This document shows, in pieces, positions 27,310 to 32,000 of a stretch of 32,000 bases of DNA. The position numbers were made by a program, and so were the translations under genes. Position 1 is the stretch's first letter; each line of letters starts with the position of its first letter. A model generated the notes under the pieces. The model was given only the letters and a program-made list of their open reading frames with translations. It had not been told where the DNA came from and ran no database searches. This DNA comes from Geotalea uraniireducens Rf4 (GTDB taxonomy: Bacteria; Desulfobacterota; Desulfuromonadia; Geobacterales; Geobacteraceae), in NCBI RefSeq assembly GCF_000016745.1, contig NC_009483.1, positions 3,780,001 to 3,812,000 of the forward strand, given 5' to 3'.

Positions 27310-28185
27310 CTAAATGATCTTGTTCAGCGGATACTCCACAATCCCCTCCGCCCCCATCTTCAAGAGCTTCGGTACAATGGAACGAACCTCCTTCTCGGGG
27401 AGGATGCTCTCGATGGAGACCCAGTCGGAGTTATACAGGTGGGAAACCGTCGGGTTGTTCAGGCTGGGGAGGATTTCGGTGATGGCGTCTACCGCACTGT
27501 TCGGCGCATTCATCTTGAGCCCCACCATCCCCTCGGCGGCCAGAGCCGACTTGAGCAAGGTGGCTATCTGCTGGATTTTGGCTTGTTTCCAGGGGTCTGC
27601 CCAGGCCGCCTTGTTGACGATCAGCACCGGCACCGACTCCATCAGATCGCAGACGATGCGCAGATTGTTGGCCCGGATGGTGGAACCGGTTTCCGTGACC
27701 TCGACAATGGCATCGCAGAGACCGTCCACTACCTTAGCTTCGGTCGCCCCCCAGGAGAACTCCACCGTCACCGGGATGTTCCGCTCGGCGAAGTAGCGCT
27801 TGGTGAAACCTACCAGTTCGGTGGAGATAGTGGCGCCGTGGAGGTCTTCCGGCTTTTGCACCGGTGAGTCCTGACTCACTACCAGCACCCAACGGACCGG
27901 TCGGCGTGACACCTTGGAGTAGACCATCTCGCAGACTTCAATCACATCGGAATCGTTTTCCCGCACCCAGTCGCGGCCGGCAATCCCCACGTCGATGGTG
28001 CCGCGCTCCACGTATTTGCCCATCTCCTGGGGACGGATCAGCTTGCAGTTCATCTCCTCGTCGTCGATGGTGGGAAAGTAGCTGCGGGATGATATCCCCA
28101 CCTGCCAGCCCGCCTGCTTGAACAGGTCAACGGTTGCATCTTCCAGACTACCTTTAGGAATACCGAATTTCAGGATATTGGACAT
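27310..28185 (-). CDS. hisG: ATP phosphoribosyltransferase, long form
   Basis: 291 aa. [15 protein letters not shown] is at the N-terminus, the catalytic domains follow, and a C-terminal regulatory domain is present by length. Confidence 0.9.
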   Translation of the reverse strand: MSNILKFGIPKGSLEDATVDLFKQAGWQVGISSRSYFPTIDDEEMNCKLIRPQEMGKYVERGTIDVGIAGRDWVRENDSDVIEVCEMVYSKVSRRPVRWVLVVSQDSPVQKPEDLHGATISTELVGFTKRYFAERNIPVTVEFSWGATEAKVVDGLCDAIVEVTETGSTIRANNLRIVCDLMESVPVLIVNKAAWADPWKQAKIQQIATLLKSALAAEGMVGLKMNAPNSAVDAITEILPSLNNPTVSHLYNSDWVSIESILPEKEVRSIVPKLLKMGAEGIVEYPLNKII

Positions 28186-28236
28186 AACGTTCCTTTCATG
28201 CTGCGTGCTGCGTTCAGGGTGCTTCTACGTCGCACG

Positions 28237-28614
28237 TCATTTTTTGTAGACTTCGTTCGGATCAAAGAGCGGGTTCGAATGCTCGACCCATTCACCGTTT
28301 TCCCATTTCACGTAAAAACAGCTCCTGTTGCCGGTGTGGCAGGCGGCAGGGCCGTTCTGCTTCACCTTGATAACCACCGTGTCCGCATCGCAGTCGGTGA
28401 GGACCTCCTTCACCTCCTGGGTGTTCCCAGACTCCTCGCCCTTCATCCAGTACTTGTTGCGGGTACGGCTGAAGAACCAGGTTTTCCCGGTTTCCAGGGT
28501 CAGGTTCAGGGTCTTCTCATCCATGAAGGCCACCATCAGTACCTCGCCGGATTCATGGTCCTGAATGACCGCTGGAATCAATCCTCCCATCTTTTCAAAA
28601 TCAAGCTTGATCAT
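28237..28614 (-). CDS. hisI: Phosphoribosyl-AMP cyclohydrolase (monofunctional)
   Basis: 125 aa, with [41 protein letters not shown] and [10 protein letters not shown]. Confidence 0.93.
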   Translation of the reverse strand: MIKLDFEKMGGLIPAVIQDHESGEVLMVAFMDEKTLNLTLETGKTWFFSRTRNKYWMKGEESGNTQEVKEVLTDCDADTVVIKVKQNGPAACHTGNRSCFYVKWENGEWVEHSNPLFDPNEVYKK

Positions 28615-28657
28615 GTCTTTTTCAATCCTTCCTTGGCGTATTGCTTAAAAATATCTT

Positions 28658-28687
28658 CTAATACACCGGCGGCATGGCCGATGTCAA
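28658..28687 (-). promoter_or_regulatory. Candidate sigma70-type promoter for hisI-hisG, overlapping the bioC stop codon
   Basis: In gene sense: TTGACA (28687-28682), an 18-nt spacer, then TATTAG (28663-28658). It lies about 44 nt upstream of the hisI ATG. Confidence 0.35.
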
Positions 28688-29526
28688 CAGATTAACGCGG
28701 AAACCTCTTTGTGCTGTTTTCTCCCAGCCCCATACACCACCTCGTAAGTGGCGGGTATACCATCTGCATTTGCGTATTTACTTCGATAAACATCCATCAT
28801 TTCCAGCATGACTCTCCGCCCGGCAAGGCCACGCGGGGCAACAGGCGCGGCATTTCCCGCACCGATCCGCTTCAGGGAGCGCAGTAACGCAGACACATCG
28901 GCATGATATTCCAGTTCAAGCTCGGCATCTGCCCGACAATGGCTGAACCCGGCGCATTCCAGCGCGGCTGCGACATCAGTCGCTGCAAAGAAGCGGTGGG
29001 TCCGGTCCTCGCCCTGCTGTGACGCATTGTTTAACGCCAGGCGGTAGGAGTCCTTTAATTCAAAGAGGGTGCGTTGGCCGAAGAGTGCAAAGCAAAAAAG
29101 CCCTCCCGGCGCCAACACCCGCCACGCCTCCTTGAAAGCCAGTTCCAGGCTGGTCAGCCATTGGTAGGTCGATGTGGAAGTAACCAAGTCGAATACACCG
29201 TCAGCAAAGGGAAGTGACTCGGCATCGGCTGTGACGAGTTGCACACGTCCGCAGTCCTTGAAATTGGCCCGCGCCGTCAGACACATACCGAAAGCAAGGT
29301 CTGCTCCGACGGCCCGCAACTTCGGATATATCCTGTGTAAACCAGCCAGCAACCGGCCCGTGCCGGCACCGACATCGAGCACAAGTTGCGGTTCGCCCGC
29401 TTCCCGCTGCACCTCTTTGAGCACGTGTCCAACCACCCGTTTCTGTACCAGGGCATGGCTGTCGTAATCTTCCGCCTGCCGATGAAAGGCAGCCTTTACC
29501 CTTTTTCTGTCGATAGTTTCAGTCAT
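28684..29526 (-). CDS. bioC: Malonyl-ACP O-methyltransferase
   Basis: 280 aa. AFHRQAEDYDSHALVQKRV, the SAM-binding VLDVGAGTG motif, and a position next to bioH and bioF. Confidence 0.85.
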   Translation of the reverse strand: MTETIDRKRVKAAFHRQAEDYDSHALVQKRVVGHVLKEVQREAGEPQLVLDVGAGTGRLLAGLHRIYPKLRAVGADLAFGMCLTARANFKDCGRVQLVTADAESLPFADGVFDLVTSTSTYQWLTSLELAFKEAWRVLAPGGLFCFALFGQRTLFELKDSYRLALNNASQQGEDRTHRFFAATDVAAALECAGFSHCRADAELELEYHADVSALLRSLKRIGAGNAAPVAPRGLAGRRVMLEMMDVYRSKYANADGIPATYEVVYGAGRKQHKEVSALIC

Positions 29527-29584
29527 ATATTTCTTATATTGTATGCATGGAATGCATTTTGGTGAACGGTCTTATTTGAAAATA

Positions 29585-29710
29585 CTCTGTGATTTTCTCT
29601 GTGTCTCCGTGGCTCTGTGGCCTAACTGCCGTTTTAAGGTTTAACGACAAAAAACCTATGATTTTAATCCGCTTTTTCTGCGTTAATCTGCGTCCGTTTG
29701 CTCTTTGCTT
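29585..29710. repeat. Low-complexity short-tandem-repeat element in the bioH-bioC spacer
   Basis: CTCTGTGA tttt CTCTGTGT CTCCGTGG CTCTGTGG (29585-29620) is followed by CCTAACTG (29621-29628). Then come TCTGCGTTAA TCTGCGTCCG (29677-29696) and TTTGCTC TTTGCTT (29697-29710). Confidence 0.8.
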
Positions 29711-29727
29711 TTCTCCATTTCTGTGCA

Positions 29728-30543
29728 TCATCGACAAATGTTTTCCTGGAACTCCCGCAGAATGCGGTTAAACTCAGCAGGCTTGGTCATGAACGGCGCA
29801 TGGCCGCTCCCTTCGATGATCCGCAATGTGGACAGAGGAAGCCGTTCCGCCATGAAGCGTGAGGCGGCCGGCAGACAAATGTTGTCTCTGGCGCCATGGA
29901 TAAGGAGCACCGGCCGGTCAACCAGGCCAAGTTGAGGTCGCAAGTCTGCATCGGCCAGGGTTTTAAGCGATTGTCTCGCCGGCTCCGGCCCAGGCGAGCG
30001 CCCCCCCATTAAGATCTCGTGGACGATCCGCTGGTACTGCTCCCGGTCCAGCTCTTCCTCGGCGAACATTCCACGGAAAAAATCACCCATGGTTTTCTGG
30101 TAGTCACGCTTGAGGCGAAGCCCCATTCCCTTCACCTCCACCGGCGGCAGCCCGAAGGGGTAATCCTCGGCAGCACTGAATTTTGGTGTTCCTGACACGA
30201 GCACCAGCCCGGCAAGTCGGGGACGGAGAGCGGGGAACGCCTGCAATACCACCTGCACCCCCATGGACCAGCCGACCAGAACGGCATCAGTCAAGTCAAG
30301 AGAGGTGAACAGCGCAACAACGTCATCGGCAAAATCATCGATAGCATATCCGTCCATCGGCGCAGTCGACTGTCCATGGCCGCGCAGGTCCATGGCAATA
30401 AACCGGCGGGAAGCTGCCAGTTCCTGCTGGAAACGCCACACCCGACCCGACATGGCCCAGCCGTGGATAAAGACCAGCGGACGGCCTTCACCGACATCTT
30501 CATAGTGGATGGTTACACCATCTCTTGATGCAAAATTCGGCAT
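29728..30543 (-). CDS. bioH: Pimeloyl-ACP methyl ester carboxylesterase (alpha/beta hydrolase)
   Basis: 271 aa, with LVFIHGWAMSG and the nucleophile elbow GWSMG. It lies between bioF and bioC. Confidence 0.8.
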   Translation of the reverse strand: MPNFASRDGVTIHYEDVGEGRPLVFIHGWAMSGRVWRFQQELAASRRFIAMDLRGHGQSTAPMDGYAIDDFADDVVALFTSLDLTDAVLVGWSMGVQVVLQAFPALRPRLAGLVLVSGTPKFSAAEDYPFGLPPVEVKGMGLRLKRDYQKTMGDFFRGMFAEEELDREQYQRIVHEILMGGRSPGPEPARQSLKTLADADLRPQLGLVDRPVLLIHGARDNICLPAASRFMAERLPLSTLRIIEGSGHAPFMTKPAEFNRILREFQENICR

Positions 30544-30581
30544 TATTCACATCCTGAAATTCGAATACACAGCCACAACCG

Positions 30582-31757
30582 TTAAATTACCCCCAGCTTC
30601 TCTCCTATTGCCGTGATTGCTGTGATCGCCTGATCCAGATCGTTCTCGCTGTGGGTCGCCATAAGTGTGCAGCGCAGCCGGCAACTCCCGGCAGGAACTG
30701 TCGGCGGCCTGATCCCCTGGACAAAGACCCCCTCTTCCAAAAGAAGCCGGGAAAACTCCATGGTTTGCTGCGCACCTCCGACATAGACAGGAACGATCTG
30801 GGTTTCGCTCCCCATGGTGTCAAAACCGACAGCCTGGAGTCCAGCCTTGAACCGTATTGTGTTTGCCGCTAACGCCAGCCTGAGTGCTGCACCTGACGGT
30901 GAATCCACCAGTTCGAAAGCGGCCTGGGATGCAGCCAGAACCGCCGGCGGCAGCGAGGTGGAAAATATGAAACTGCGCGCCCGGTTGACCAGGTAATCAA
31001 TGATTTCCCTTGAGGCGGCGGCATAGGCGCCGAAAGAGCCTAAAGCCTTGCCAAGGGTCCCCATATGAATATCCACCTCCGCCATCACCCCGCACTGCTC
31101 GGCACTCCCCCGCCCACCGTCGCCAAGAACGCCTGTGCCGTGCGCATCATCAACCATAAGCAGGGCATCGAATTCCTTTTTCAGGGCAACCAGTTCCGAA
31201 AGCTTCGCCAGGTCTCCGTCCATGCTGAACACCCCATCGGTAACGATGAGACGCCTGCCGGAAGCAACCTCCGTATCCTCCAGCAATCGGCGCAGCACTG
31301 AAATATTGTTATGGGGATAGCGGACAAACCGCGCCCGGGAAAGGAGAGCACCGTCAACGATGCTGGCATGGTTGAGCCTGTCTGAAAAGATCACGTCTCC
31401 CCTGCCGGCGATGGCAGAAATGATGCCGGTATTGGCAGCATAGCCGGAATTGAAGACAAGCGCGGAGTTCGTCCCTTTGAATGCAGCAATACGCGCCTCC
31501 AGCGCTTCATGGAGTTCCATCGTGCCGGAAACAAGACGCGATGCGCCGCTGCCGACCCCATAACGCTCAACCGCCCTTATTGCAGCTTCCTTAAGCAGAG
31601 GATGGTCCGCAAGCCCGAGGTAGTTGTTGGAACAGAGCAGCAGTACCTCTCGGCCATCAAGTACAGCCCGTTTTGACTGATTCCCTTCCACCAACCGCAT
31701 CGAGCGGAAAAGCCCTTCCATGCGCAAAGCAGCGAGTTCTTCGGCAAATGTCTGCAC
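30582..31757 (-). CDS. bioF: 8-amino-7-oxononanoate synthase (GTG start)
   Basis: 391 aa. PLP-dependent alpha-oxoamine synthase blocks [21 protein letters not shown] and [13 protein letters not shown] lies 5 nt upstream of the GTG. Confidence 0.9.
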
Positions 31758-31858
31758 AAAAGCTCCTTTACCAGGATATGATATCCCTGCTTAAACCTTG
31801 TAGCACAGACACACCCGCTTCGTCAACCAGCCAGGCTGCATAGGTTAACAATCGATGG

Positions 31859-32000
31859 TTATGACGGAATAAGTTCGATCACGGTGACTTCCGGCGGGGA
31901 GAGAAAACGGATGGGGGGGCCCCAAGTGCCGGTACCCCGGCTTACATAGAGGGAAGAATATTGCGTCATTTGAGAATAACCGCTTTTGACCGGGTAGAAG
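31859..32000 (-). CDS. C-terminal 46 residues of a metallophosphoesterase (YkuE-like), partial at the window edge, not in the ORF track
   Basis: Hand translation gives FYPVKSGYSQMTQYSSLYVSRGTGTWGPPIRFLSPPEVTVIELIPS*. The LYVSRG.GT...P.R...PE block is the usual C-terminus of this family. Confidence 0.6.
   Translation of the reverse strand, partial: FYPVKSGYSQMTQYSSLYVSRGTGTWGPPIRFLSPPEVTVIELIPS

Noticed and set aside
28272-28280. tRNA T-arm-like GGTTCGAAT
   Set aside because: It lies inside the well-supported hisI coding sequence, and I could build no acceptor or anticodon stems around it.
31791-31849. BirA operator upstream of bioF (TTAAACC ... GGTTAAC)
   Set aside because: The half-sites resemble the TGTAAACC/GGTTTACA consensus only weakly (5/7 complementarity to each other). 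They are 45 nt apart, against roughly 15 nt as I recall for known sites.

Overview
This 32-kb window holds about 30 genes. All but one are on the minus strand, and most are tightly packed or overlapping. In the direction of transcription (right to left) the order is: a partial metallophosphoesterase; bioF-bioH-bioC; hisI-hisG; the convergent plus-strand ABC-F factor ettA; lysS; lolC/E-lolD; bamA-skp-lpxD-fabZ-lpxA; lpxB-msbA-LpxL-family acyltransferase-waaA-lpxK; and a 56-aa Trm112/YcaR-like ORF that is below the ORF-track cutoff. Then comes an LPS core/outer glycosyltransferase block: a waaF-like GT9, a WaaE/KdtX-like GT2, a GT2, a second GT9, a GT4, a GT2, a GT4 and two visibly low-GC GT2 genes. 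The last GT2 gene is cut off by the end of an insertion sequence, whose rve-type transposase is itself frame-broken at an A8 run. Gene order and the intergenic repeats look Geobacter/Desulfuromonadales-like, but that is inference only. I found no rRNA, tRNA or CRISPR array, and no novel protein-coding system. What ordinary annotation does not explain is non-coding. (i) A set of intergenic elements is built from inverted arms of 3-4 tandem heptamers/octamers. The unit sequence differs from locus to locus while arm-to-arm complementarity is kept, and each sits next to a YTAACTG motif (waaA/lpxK, skp/lpxD, lolD/bamA and bioH/bioC spacers). (ii) A ~170-nt element with an 18-bp closing helix lies between the ettA stop and a bidirectional terminator. 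(iii) A terminator-like hairpin separates lpxA from lpxB. All coordinates and pairings were worked out by hand; no searches or folding programs were run.
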